In this document: piece by piece, positions 27,353 through 35,645 of the stretch | Layout of the letters: each line of letters starts with the position of its first letter | Numbering within the stretch: position 1 is the stretch's first letter | IMG/VR virus record: IMGVR_UViG_3300028586_000778 | Coordinates: 1-51,457 of that record | Origin: a virus | Lineage: Duplodnaviria; Caudoviricetes | Length of the DNA: 51,457 bases | Direction: 5' to 3' (one strand) | The notes under the pieces: generated by a model | The model's input: only the letters and a program-made list of their open reading frames with translations | Told to the model about the DNA's origin: nothing | The model's database searches: none | Made by a program: the position numbers and the translations under genes

Positions 27353-28165
27353 ATGGATGACGCAACCTGCAACGAAGATGGTCATAATTACAATGCGATC
27401 GAGTTTTCTCGCTTGCCCGCGCCTGAGCTTGAGCGCAAGCGCCGGCAACTAACATGTACTGAGTGCCGCCAACCTGCATTCTTCCGCAAGGAATCTCGTG
27501 ATGGCCGCGGCGCTCATTTTGGCGCTCGCCCCCACGCCGAAGGTTGCTCTCGTGCTGTTGAGGATCGCGATATCCGCCTTCCCGGTATCGGCCTCGGTCA
27601 GGACGAGCTGGCGAACTTCAACAACAGGATCGTTGTCGACTTGGATTACGGCGCAGCAGAAGCCCCTGTGCACTTTGATCCTGCGCCTGGAGCACCTCGG
27701 CGCCCACGCGGCGGCGCTCACTTCGGCGGAGATGGCACAGGCGTCGCCAATATGCACCGGCGCTTGCGACCGCTGCTCCGTCTGCTCGTCGAAGCGCCTA
27801 ACTTCCGATATTCCGACGCGATCATTGCGCTGGATGACCAGCCAGAGATGGCAGTCCGGGATTTCTTTGTTCATTTCGATGATGCTGATGACCGAAGCAA
27901 CAATTTTTTCAGGGGATTCTGGGGGCAGCTCACGGATGCCGGGGAGGGAATGCAGGGTGCACTCTGGCTAAACAGCGGCGGTCGCGCAGACATGAGTATC
28001 GGCCTCCCGGCGGAATTCCGTAATGATGTCATGGAGCGATTTAATATTGCGAACAAGGAAGAGTTGGCAGGCTCGTATATCTTAGTTCTCGGGACAATGA
28101 GAATTTCTCAAAACGGGAAGATCTTCTGCATGATCGATAGCCCAGCCGTGGTTGCAATCCTTTGA
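27353..28165 (+). CDS. Moron protein with CoiA-like N-terminal Zn ribbon (270 aa)
   Basis: LTCTEC...AHF...HAEGC; GGAG RBS; opposite strand to flanks. Confidence 0.7.
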   Translation: MDDATCNEDGHNYNAIEFSRLPAPELERKRRQLTCTECRQPAFFRKESRDGRGAHFGARPHAEGCSRAVEDRDIRLPGIGLGQDELANFNNRIVVDLDYGAAEAPVHFDPAPGAPRRPRGGAHFGGDGTGVANMHRRLRPLLRLLVEAPNFRYSDAIIALDDQPEMAVRDFFVHFDDADDRSNNFFRGFWGQLTDAGEGMQGALWLNSGGRADMSIGLPAEFRNDVMERFNIANKEELAGSYILVLGTMRISQNGKIFCMIDSPAVVAIL

Positions 28166-28173
28166 TCCTCGTC

Positions 28174-28203
28174 GGGTGCAGGTGTCGCTATTGACCTGCA
28201 CCC
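28174..28203. terminator. Hairpin between convergent genes
   Basis: GGGTGCAGGT-N10-ACCTGCACCC perfect 10-bp stem; no good U tract. Confidence 0.45.
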
Positions 28204-28207
28204 AAAC

Positions 28208-28582
28208 CTAGAATTCCTCGATTTCCCATCCGCCTCCATTTTTCTTTGGCTTGACTTTAACCGCTACGAAATTCATTGGATACAGATCGGCCGCGATCTT
28301 GATCTTTGCGCGGGCGTCGTCGTGCCAAAAACCTTTCACCTCGTGCATCTCAAGCGCACCACCGGCCAGCATGACAGCGAAGTCCGGGGTATAGAAGGTA
28401 TTGTCGGCCAGCCGCAGCTTGATACCTTCGAACTTGAACCAGGCCACCTCGCCGGCATAGCGCCGGGCGTCCAGCGTTGCGGCATAGGCGGCTTCGGTCT
28501 TGTTCATGGTGCCGGTCTTGAGCCGGCCCAGTGCCTGGAGCGCGCGCGTTGATTTTGACTGTTTCGTTATCTGACTGCTCAT
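28208..28582 (-). CDS. PD-(D/E)XK endonuclease (DUF1064-like, putative resolvase)
   Basis: MNKTEAAYA...FYTPDF...HEVKG.W...ARAKIK. Confidence 0.8.
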   Translation of the reverse strand: MSSQITKQSKSTRALQALGRLKTGTMNKTEAAYAATLDARRYAGEVAWFKFEGIKLRLADNTFYTPDFAVMLAGGALEMHEVKGFWHDDARAKIKIAADLYPMNFVAVKVKPKKNGGGWEIEEF

Positions 28583-28583
28583 T

Positions 28584-28841
28584 TCATTCCTTCAATTTAG
28601 ATTGTGTTTCTTTGTTTTTCTGGTCCAGCGTGCGGCGCTTCTCGATCCAGTCCTCACGGTCAGCCAAGTTTGGCGCCAGCGTGTACCGGTCGCACGCCTG
28701 CCTGCTCCATGGCAGGAATGGCTTAATTTCGTCGACGCGCCCGCTGCCGCGCCCTGCGCAGCGCCCCAGGCCCACCTTCGCGTGCTCCGGGTATTCCTTC
28801 ATCTTAAAGTGGCCACAAAGGGCGCAGATTTCGTCGCTCAC
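28584..28841 (-). CDS. Cys-rich hypothetical protein
   Basis: CALCGHF...GRC...AC; GTGA coupling to the upstream gene. Confidence 0.65.
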   Translation of the reverse strand: MSDEICALCGHFKMKEYPEHAKVGLGRCAGRGSGRVDEIKPFLPWSRQACDRYTLAPNLADREDWIEKRRTLDQKNKETQSKLKE

Positions 28842-29527
28842 ACTGCCCTCGCCGGCGGCGGCTCGCGGCGCACCAGGTCTTTCAGCGATCCTATTCCCTC
28901 GGGCTTGGACGCGCGCTGCTCAGGCTGGGCGAGCGCCTGCGGCACGACCATGGGGCGGATCGGCACCACGGTGGCCGACAGCGCGAGAGCAGGATCCAAA
29001 GCGGCCTCGATGCGGGCCTTGAACTGGCTCATGTACTCGCCGGACCGTGGCGACAGCCCCAGCTCGGCGCCTTTTGCCAGGATCGTCGCGTCGCTCGCCC
29101 ACCAGGCACTGCCGGCGCCGACTGGCTTCTTCTGCACCTCGGGCGGGGTCCAGTCGGCCGCATAGCGCTCACTAGGCCCGAAGAAGGTGGCGGACTGCAA
29201 GATGTACATCGGCTCGATCTTCATGGCTTTCACGAAGGCGGCGTACGCCCGCGCGCCGGCGAGCATCTCCGCCACTGTGGCGCCGGCGCCGAGCCGCGCG
29301 GCCCAGGCCTTGTACGCCGCCTTCTTACTGTCGCCCGGGCGCGCGGGGTAGACCTCCCAGACCGCTTCGAAGTCTGCCGGGTAGTCATTGCGCTTCACCT
29401 TGACTGGCGCGGCGCCGTCGGCGCGCAGGCGCTCCAGCTCGTCCAGCAGCTCGACCACAGTCGACGACTTGAGGTGCACAGTCGGGTTGGCGGCGGCCAG
29501 GCCGCGCAACGGGGAGTAGTCACGCAT
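28838..29527 (-). CDS. Replication protein, C-terminal replisome-organiser-type domain only
   Basis: FEAVWEVYP.R...SKKAAYKAW...SATFFGP..RY, then WWASD..ILAKG.ELGL; only about 45 aa precede the domain. Confidence 0.65.
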   Translation of the reverse strand: MRDYSPLRGLAAANPTVHLKSSTVVELLDELERLRADGAAPVKVKRNDYPADFEAVWEVYPARPGDSKKAAYKAWAARLGAGATVAEMLAGARAYAAFVKAMKIEPMYILQSATFFGPSERYAADWTPPEVQKKPVGAGSAWWASDATILAKGAELGLSPRSGEYMSQFKARIEAALDPALALSATVVPIRPMVVPQALAQPEQRASKPEGIGSLKDLVRREPPPARAV

Positions 29528-29963
29528 GGGCACCCTCCCCGCTTAGCGCCATTTGCTGGGCGTACTGGGGCGCTTTACGCGCGGTGGATACTGCGCCCCA
29601 CCATTGACCCACTTTGGTAAATCGTGCCGATGACTTCGGGCGTGGTTCTTCGTAGGATTGGTTAACAAATTCTCGGAAGACTTGGTCATGAACACCTTTA
29701 CTCCGCATGAATACGTCAACCCCTGGGACGAAGGCGATTACCGGGTGTACGGTCTCGCCATGCTGGCTCCCGATAACTTGTATTGGCCGGCCTACGTGGT
29801 CGAGCGAGTGAATGGAATACCCGACGCGCCGCGCGAGGCAATCGGCCTGCAAGAGGTGCGAATCGAGCCTTGCGGCACGCCCGAGCTTGCCAGCTTGATG
29901 GGCGTGTCGTTCGGTGTGCAGCGCGTGCGCACCGGCGATCGCCTGGAATGTTGAGTTCAGCAT
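29520..29963 (-). CDS. Hypothetical ORF spanning an antisense moron
   Basis: Start overlaps antirepressor stop, stop overlaps replication gene start; may be a linker ORF. Confidence 0.35.
   Translation of the reverse strand: MLNSTFQAIAGAHALHTERHAHQAGKLGRAARLDSHLLQADCLARRVGYSIHSLDHVGRPIQVIGSQHGETVHPVIAFVPGVDVFMRSKGVHDQVFREFVNQSYEEPRPKSSARFTKVGQWWGAVSTARKAPQYAQQMALSGEGAHA
29688..29954 (+). CDS. Hypothetical moron protein (88 aa)
   Basis: MNTFTPHEY..., GGAAG RBS, protein-like composition, AT-richer upstream with TAGGAT. Confidence 0.55.
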   Translation: MNTFTPHEYVNPWDEGDYRVYGLAMLAPDNLYWPAYVVERVNGIPDAPREAIGLQEVRIEPCGTPELASLMGVSFGVQRVRTGDRLEC

Positions 29964-30685
29964 GGCGCCACCTCAGCGCGGGCGCGCTGGCGCAGCGCCA
30001 CTTGGTGCTTTGCCCATTCGCCCGCGATCCAGGTCACTCCCTTGGGTGTGAAGCGAGCCGAGTTGAACGCGTGGTTGTTCTGGGCGGTGCCGGCCTTGAC
30101 GCAGAAGCGGCCGGCGGCCTGGTGCTGGGCGTGCGGCGTCAGCGCGCCGTTCAGCCGGTACATGATCTTCTGGTCGAGCAGGAACTCGCGGAATGCTCCC
30201 TCGTTCGCGCCCAGCAGTTTGGCCACCTCCCTGAATCCCTTCGTGCCGGTCGAGTCGGCGTAGCGCTCGACAAACTCCACGGCCGGCGCGGCGGCGGCGA
30301 GCTGGGCGGCTTGGGCGTCGATCAGATCCTGCTGCTCGGCCGCAAGGCGCAGCGCCGCGGCGAATGACTGCGGTACCGCCGGCGCCGCGCTAGCCTCCAG
30401 TTCTTGCCACCGGTCGACCAGGCGCGCAGTGAATTCGGGCGACAGCTGCGCCACGATCACGTACGAGTCGCGCTTGCCGATGCGGTACTGGCGGATCGAC
30501 TTCGGGCCCGGGCCATCGTTCGGGACTTCCTCAAATTGAGGAAGTGCAATTGTCCCGCGCGCCAGCAGGCTTTCGATCGTGCGCACAACGTTGTCGTGCC
30601 GCTTCTCGACCAGGTCGGCGATCTCTCGGCTCGACATCGTGACGTCGGCGCCGCCGGTGGTTTGCAGTGTGAGCATGCTTCCCAT
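29957..30685 (-). CDS. Antirepressor, Rha + KilAC (ANT) domains
   Basis: TMSSREIADLVEKRHDNV...VAQLSPEFTARLVDRWQELE; PQSFAAALRLAAE; AAPAVEFVERY...FREVAKLL...RFTPKG..W. Confidence 0.9.
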   Translation of the reverse strand: MGSMLTLQTTGGADVTMSSREIADLVEKRHDNVVRTIESLLARGTIALPQFEEVPNDGPGPKSIRQYRIGKRDSYVIVAQLSPEFTARLVDRWQELEASAAPAVPQSFAAALRLAAEQQDLIDAQAAQLAAAAPAVEFVERYADSTGTKGFREVAKLLGANEGAFREFLLDQKIMYRLNGALTPHAQHQAAGRFCVKAGTAQNNHAFNSARFTPKGVTWIAGEWAKHQVALRQRARAEVAPC

Positions 30686-30714
30686 GTTTTTTCCTTTCTA
30701 TCGTTGGCGCCGCG

Positions 30715-31200
30715 TCAGGCGGCATCCTTGTAGACGTGACCGTCATCCACCCGCCGGCGCACCAGCTGCAGCGCGGCTACCGTCTCGGCGCGAGTTGCGA
30801 CCTGCATCTGGGCGTCGTGGATCGTCAGCGCGGCCTCGATGTCGCGCATAGCATCTCCGTCCAAGCGGAAGTTGCCGGACTTGGCACTGCGCACCTTGGC
30901 CCGGAACGCGCCGTCCAGCGCGCGGATGATGGCCCGCTCGTGCTCGCCGCCGATTTCGGCTTCTGCCATGGCCATGGCGATGTTCAGCGCCGTGACCACG
31001 CATGACCAGGCCTCCTCGGTAGCGGCGCCGGTGCGCAGCTGCTCGAGGCTGAGCCAGTACGCCAGTCCCAGGTCAGACAGCTGGTCGCTGGCCAGCGGCG
31101 CGGCGTCCTGGCCGCGCGCCACGCACTTGGCGATCGCGGTCAGGCCGCCGGCCTGCGCCATTGGGCGCGGGCGGTACTTCTTGTTGCGCGGCTTTTTCAT
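30715..31200 (-). CDS. Conserved phage hypothetical protein
   Basis: MKKPRNKKYRPR start; LTIHDAQM motif; ATGA overlap. Confidence 0.7.
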   Translation of the reverse strand: MKKPRNKKYRPRPMAQAGGLTAIAKCVARGQDAAPLASDQLSDLGLAYWLSLEQLRTGAATEEAWSCVVTALNIAMAMAEAEIGGEHERAIIRALDGAFRAKVRSAKSGNFRLDGDAMRDIEAALTIHDAQMQVATRAETVAALQLVRRRVDDGHVYKDAA

Positions 31201-31580
31201 GCTGCCGCCGCGATACCGAGGCGTTCGCACTCGGCGCGGTAGTCGAGCCACGTCTCAACAGGTACGCCGTCACGGATGACGCGATTGCCGTGCTTGTCGA
31301 GCTTCGGCCCACGGACCATCAGCACGGTATCGCGCACGTGCGCTGGGTCCGCTGCAATCCAGTCAAGGCAGAATTGCGGCGCGTCCAGCTCAGGGCTGAT
31401 CTTCACGCGGCGCGTGATCTCATTGAACAGCTGATCCGCCAAGGTATCGCGGCGCACGGCCCATTCAGCTGGCGTCAAATTCTTGCGCGTTTCCAAGTCG
31501 ATCGTTGGGACTTTCTTTGCCGCCGCGGCTTGGCATACGGTGCGGCTGATACCGAATACACAAAATGCGCCCATAGTCAT
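31197..31580 (-). CDS. Hypothetical protein
   Basis: MTMGAFCVFG..., GGAG RBS, overlaps both neighbours. Confidence 0.6.
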   Translation of the reverse strand: MTMGAFCVFGISRTVCQAAAAKKVPTIDLETRKNLTPAEWAVRRDTLADQLFNEITRRVKISPELDAPQFCLDWIAADPAHVRDTVLMVRGPKLDKHGNRVIRDGVPVETWLDYRAECERLGIAAAA

Positions 31581-32119
31581 AACTCCGGAGTAATTTCGTT
31601 CAGCCCGACGGCTTCGCCGGGCGCAGTAATTTGGCTTTTGATCACGGCCATGCACTCGGCCAGCAGCTCCATCTGTGTGCCGTAGCGCGCCTGGAACGTC
31701 GCCTTCATGCCGTGCACGCTGATGCGCCCGAGCAGGTCCGTGTCGTCCTGCTGGTGGTGCGGGCCGCACAGGGGAAGCACCAGGAAGTGCGCACCGGGCT
31801 TCGTCCGTCCGTCGATGTGGTGGATGCTCACGACCGGCTCGCGGCGGCCGTCCTTGAGGCAAGCAATGCAGCCCAGGCTCGCAATCGCGTCCATGAAGCG
31901 CGCTTCGTCTGCGGTCGGCGGGCGACCTTTCATGCCCCGCGACCTCATCGGCTTCGGCAGCTTGGCCGGCTTCGGCTCACGGGCGCGGGCCTGCGCCTGG
32001 GCCGCGGCAACGCGCAGCAGGCCGGCGCCGGAGGTCGGAGTCTTGAAGCCGGTGCCGCGCGCCATCGGCGTCTTGCGCTGCAGCGGCTTGCCCCGGCTGA
32101 GGGGTGAGCGGCGCATCAT
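31577..32119 (-). CDS. Ref-like (recombination enhancement) HNH nuclease
   Basis: IASLGCIAC...SIHHIDGRTKPGAH..VLPLCGPHHQ...F..RYGTQ.ELL; basic N-terminus. Confidence 0.85.
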   Translation of the reverse strand: MMRRSPLSRGKPLQRKTPMARGTGFKTPTSGAGLLRVAAAQAQARAREPKPAKLPKPMRSRGMKGRPPTADEARFMDAIASLGCIACLKDGRREPVVSIHHIDGRTKPGAHFLVLPLCGPHHQQDDTDLLGRISVHGMKATFQARYGTQMELLAECMAVIKSQITAPGEAVGLNEITPEL

Positions 32120-32133
32120 GCTAAGATTTCCCA

Positions 32134-32784
32134 ATGAAAACGAAACCCACTCACTTTCGTCGCTACTGGACGCTTTATGCCCTGGGCGGCGGGGCGATCG
32201 CTGTTCTTGCTACCGCGCGCCTGTTCGTTCCCCCAGCAAAATTTGATTGGCCTGCGTGGGTTCAGGCAGTTGGCTCGATCGCCGCAGTTATAGCCTCGGG
32301 CTTGATCGCCACGATCCAGGCCGATCGCCAGTTCTACGATTCGCACCGCCTTCAAAAGTTGGAGCGCGCTAGACAAGCTCTTCGCCTTGCAGTCGCAGTT
32401 ACCACCGTCACTGAAAAAGCCGTAGTGCAGGTGATGTTCGTTATTCGTTGGTTTAACTGGGAACGGGAAAACATTCATCTGATCGGTAGCGGAGAAAAGT
32501 CTTTTGACCGTAGTCTGCTTGAGCAGATCAAGAACGATTTGCTCTCTGTGCCAATGCACGAGCTCCCGTCTGGCAGCCTCATGTATAGCCTGATGTCGAT
32601 GCACTCCATTACCCGGCTCTTGAAGGAAAACGTCGAGAAAGCTCTTAATGGGCACCGCCGAATGGACGCGACCGCATTCGAAAGCTTCTTTGCGATGCTT
32701 GACAATGCGCATATGCAAATGTGCCTGCATTTCACAGACATGGACCGCATCACACGTTTGATTCATGCTGATTGCGAGATTTGA
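32134..32784 (+). CDS. Membrane-anchored moron protein (216 aa)
   Basis: Two N-terminal TM segments with DWPAWVQAVGSIAAV; lower GC; extended -10 TGCTAAGAT 6 nt upstream. Confidence 0.7.
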   Translation: MKTKPTHFRRYWTLYALGGGAIAVLATARLFVPPAKFDWPAWVQAVGSIAAVIASGLIATIQADRQFYDSHRLQKLERARQALRLAVAVTTVTEKAVVQVMFVIRWFNWERENIHLIGSGEKSFDRSLLEQIKNDLLSVPMHELPSGSLMYSLMSMHSITRLLKENVEKALNGHRRMDATAFESFFAMLDNAHMQMCLHFTDMDRITRLIHADCEI

Positions 32785-32795
32785 TGCCATGACAT

Positions 32796-33209
32796 TCATG
32801 CCTTCGTGTGAAATGAAGCGGCGGTCCGTACCGACCACGCCGGAATGTCCTGGCGCAGGCCGCGCGGGTTGGGCATGTGCTTCTTGCTCAGCGCCGGGCG
32901 CGTGAACACGCTCACCGGCTCGCGCATCGCTGCCACCTGCCCAGCTGGGCGGACCTTCTCGCCCTCCAACTGGTCGTAGTGCACGCGGGCGAAGTTGCTG
33001 ATGCTGATCTTGCCGTCGTCCTGCTGAACGAGCCAGCCGCTGCGGATCCCGCGCTGCAGGGTGTCTTCTTGGTGTCCGGCCTTGTGGCCCATGTCGACCA
33101 CCGCGAACAGCGCGTGCGGGCTCATCGGGCCGTGCATGTGCAGGTATTCGCCGGCGGCGTAGGAGGCAGTGCCACGCTTGGCGCGGCCGGTGTTGTTATT
33201 GCTGGCCAT
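32796..33209 (-). CDS. Hypothetical protein (possible winged helix)
   Basis: GGAGG RBS; YL..HGPMS...TLQRGIRSGWL pattern. Confidence 0.6.
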   Translation of the reverse strand: MASNNNTGRAKRGTASYAAGEYLHMHGPMSPHALFAVVDMGHKAGHQEDTLQRGIRSGWLVQQDDGKISISNFARVHYDQLEGEKVRPAGQVAAMREPVSVFTRPALSKKHMPNPRGLRQDIPAWSVRTAASFHTKA

Positions 33210-33269
33210 GGTCGGCCCTCCGAATGGTGAATTGGGCGACGCAGCGCGGCGCGGAGTGGCGGATGTAGG

Positions 33270-35645
33270 TCATGCGGCCCTCCCGGCGATCTGACGCTCG
33301 TGCGCGAAGTTCGCGCGGATCAGCGCCTCGGACAGCGGCGGGCAGACGCTGTTGCCGCACATGCGCACCTGGGCCGACTTCGTCAGCGGGATGCGCGGGA
33401 GCGCCAGCGGATCGCCATCGACCTGCTCGCCACCCACGAACAGCAGCTCCGGATCTGGAATCTCGTCGATGACGTAGTCCGCCGGGAAGCCCTGCGCGCG
33501 GTACAGTTCGTGCGGCGCCAGCATGCGCAGGCCGATGTCCACGATCTCATAGTCCTGGCCCTGGATGGTCACCAGGCCGAAGCGGTCGCGGCTGGTCACG
33601 GTCGCCAGGGGCGTGCCAGGCGTCTGGTCCTGATCGGTGCCGTAGTAGGCGAGCAGGAACGCACGCACCTCGCCGTGATGCTGACCGCCAGCGCTGATGG
33701 TGGCCAGCGGCTCGTCAGTAGCGGCTGCCGTGCTGGTGCCACGCAGCTTAACCAAGCTGCTGGCAACGAGCGCCGACTTGCCTCCGCCGCCGGCGGTGAC
33801 GGTGCCGAGCGGCGCGTCGGCGGCGTGGCCGATGCTCTTGCCCATGTCGCGCTGGATGTGTGCAGTCACGATGCCCAGCGCGTGCGCTGCGCCGGCCGGA
33901 TTCTCTTTCGGGCCAGCGGTGATGGTCGGCACTGGCTCGGCCAGGTCGCTGCCCGTCGAGCCAGTGCGGAACTTCGTCAGGTGGGCCGTGACCAGGCTGT
34001 GGTGGTCCGTGCTGGTGACGGTGCCGATCGGCTCTTGCAGCTCCGATCCGACCACGCCGGTATAGTGCTTCGCCAGGAACGCGGTCGCGATCGCAGTGTC
34101 ACCCTTGGCCGTGATCGTGGCTGTCGGTTCGGCGGCGCCACGCGGGCGGCTGTCGCCGGCGCGGCCGCCAACCCCGACCAGCGCGGCGGAGACCATGCTG
34201 AAGTGCCCACCCTTGACCTGGGCGCAAATCGTGCGCAGCGGCGCGTCGGCCGGCATCACGCGCTGATTGCTCGCATTGGCATGCTCGTTGAGGAACGCGG
34301 TGACCAGGGCAGCTTTCGTCGATCCGACCACGGTACCGAGCGGCTTCTCGATGTCCAGCGCGCGCGGCGCCTGGGCGGCGGTCCGCACCAGGTCATCTTC
34401 ATGTCCGCACGCAGTGCACCCGCAGGTCGGCTCAACGTCGAACTCAGCCGAGCAGTGGCGGCAGTGCCAGGTGGCCTTGCGTTCGCCGTACCCGGTCTGC
34501 ACCATGGTGGCGACGGTCAGCGCCTGGTTGCCAGCAGACGTCACTGTTGGCAGTGGGCTATCGGCATCGGCGCCGGAATGGCCGGTCGTGTTGGTCATAA
34601 CGAATGGGCGCAAGGTCGCGCTGGCCAGTGCCTTCTCGCCGCGCTGGGCGCCGGTGATCGTGCGGAATGGCTCGTGCACGGATTCGCTGCGGTCGCCGCC
34701 CTGGTGCGTAACCGGGACGATGCTCGGCACGACCACGGCGCGGTGGTTCTCGGTTGTCAGGGTGCCGAATGGCTGATTCGCCGTAACCGGCTTGCCGGCG
34801 TAGATCGGGCCACCCTGCCCCACGATGAACGGATCCGCCGCGTGGACCACGTAACGCATGATGCCCTTGGCAATCCGGCGCAGCGTGGCCTCGGCCAGCG
34901 GGCGCTTGCGGTTGAAGATGCTCGGGCACGGCAGCGACCAGTCGATGCACTCCGCCGCGGTGCGGTACGGCTGCAGCTTGCCTGCGCGGACGCCCGGCGA
35001 GTCCGGCGCGCCGTTGGTCGGCACTGGCCACTTGATCGGCAAGCCGTCGCGGCGCGCCACCAGGAAGAAGCGCTTGCGGATCGTCGGCGTGTTGTAGTCG
35101 CTGGCGCGCAGCTCGCGATGTTCGACCTTGTAGCCCTGGGCCTCCAGCTGGCGCACGAACGATTCGAACGTCTTGCCGCGGCGCGCCGGGTCCGGCTTCC
35201 AGTGGCCGTGCTCGTCCTGGATCAGCGGGCCCCACGTTTTGAACTCCTCGACGTTCTCGAGCATGATCACGCGCGGCTTACACTTCGCCGCCCAGCGCAG
35301 CGTCACCCAGGCCAGACCGCGAATCTTCTTCTCGACCGGCTTGCCGCCTTTGGCCTTGCTGAAGTGCTTGCAGTCGGGCGACAGCCACACTAGGGCCACC
35401 GGCTGGTTGCCGGTTACCTCGATCGGGTCGATGTCCCAGACGCTCTCGCACAGGTGCTTCGTGTGCGGGTGGTTAATAGCGTGCATGGCCAGCGCCTCGG
35501 GATCGTGGTTAATCGCGATGTCGACCGGGCGGCCGAACGCTTCTTCCAGGCCGGTGCTGGTGCCGCCGCCGCCGCCGCCGGCGAAATTGTCGATGATGAG
35601 CTCGTGGCCGAGGTCGAGCTGCATGGTGATGAGGTCGCGCTTCAT
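33270..35645 (-). CDS. DNA cytosine-5 methyltransferase, large phage type
   Basis: Motif I DNFAGGGGGG, IV SPDCKHFS, VI LENVEEF, VIII TIRKRFFLVAR, IX RML..ELYRAQGFP, X QVRMCGNSV; start MKRD. Confidence 0.93.
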   Translation of the reverse strand: MKRDLITMQLDLGHELIIDNFAGGGGGGTSTGLEEAFGRPVDIAINHDPEALAMHAINHPHTKHLCESVWDIDPIEVTGNQPVALVWLSPDCKHFSKAKGGKPVEKKIRGLAWVTLRWAAKCKPRVIMLENVEEFKTWGPLIQDEHGHWKPDPARRGKTFESFVRQLEAQGYKVEHRELRASDYNTPTIRKRFFLVARRDGLPIKWPVPTNGAPDSPGVRAGKLQPYRTAAECIDWSLPCPSIFNRKRPLAEATLRRIAKGIMRYVVHAADPFIVGQGGPIYAGKPVTANQPFGTLTTENHRAVVVPSIVPVTHQGGDRSESVHEPFRTITGAQRGEKALASATLRPFVMTNTTGHSGADADSPLPTVTSAGNQALTVATMVQTGYGERKATWHCRHCSAEFDVEPTCGCTACGHEDDLVRTAAQAPRALDIEKPLGTVVGSTKAALVTAFLNEHANASNQRVMPADAPLRTICAQVKGGHFSMVSAALVGVGGRAGDSRPRGAAEPTATITAKGDTAIATAFLAKHYTGVVGSELQEPIGTVTSTDHHSLVTAHLTKFRTGSTGSDLAEPVPTITAGPKENPAGAAHALGIVTAHIQRDMGKSIGHAADAPLGTVTAGGGGKSALVASSLVKLRGTSTAAATDEPLATISAGGQHHGEVRAFLLAYYGTDQDQTPGTPLATVTSRDRFGLVTIQGQDYEIVDIGLRMLAPHELYRAQGFPADYVIDEIPDPELLFVGGEQVDGDPLALPRIPLTKSAQVRMCGNSVCPPLSEALIRANFAHERQIAGRAA

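Noticed and set aside
33300-35393. 697-aa plus-strand ORF, and similar long ORFs opposite the tape measure and portal
   Set aside because: Shadow frames of well-supported minus-strand genes, no motifs
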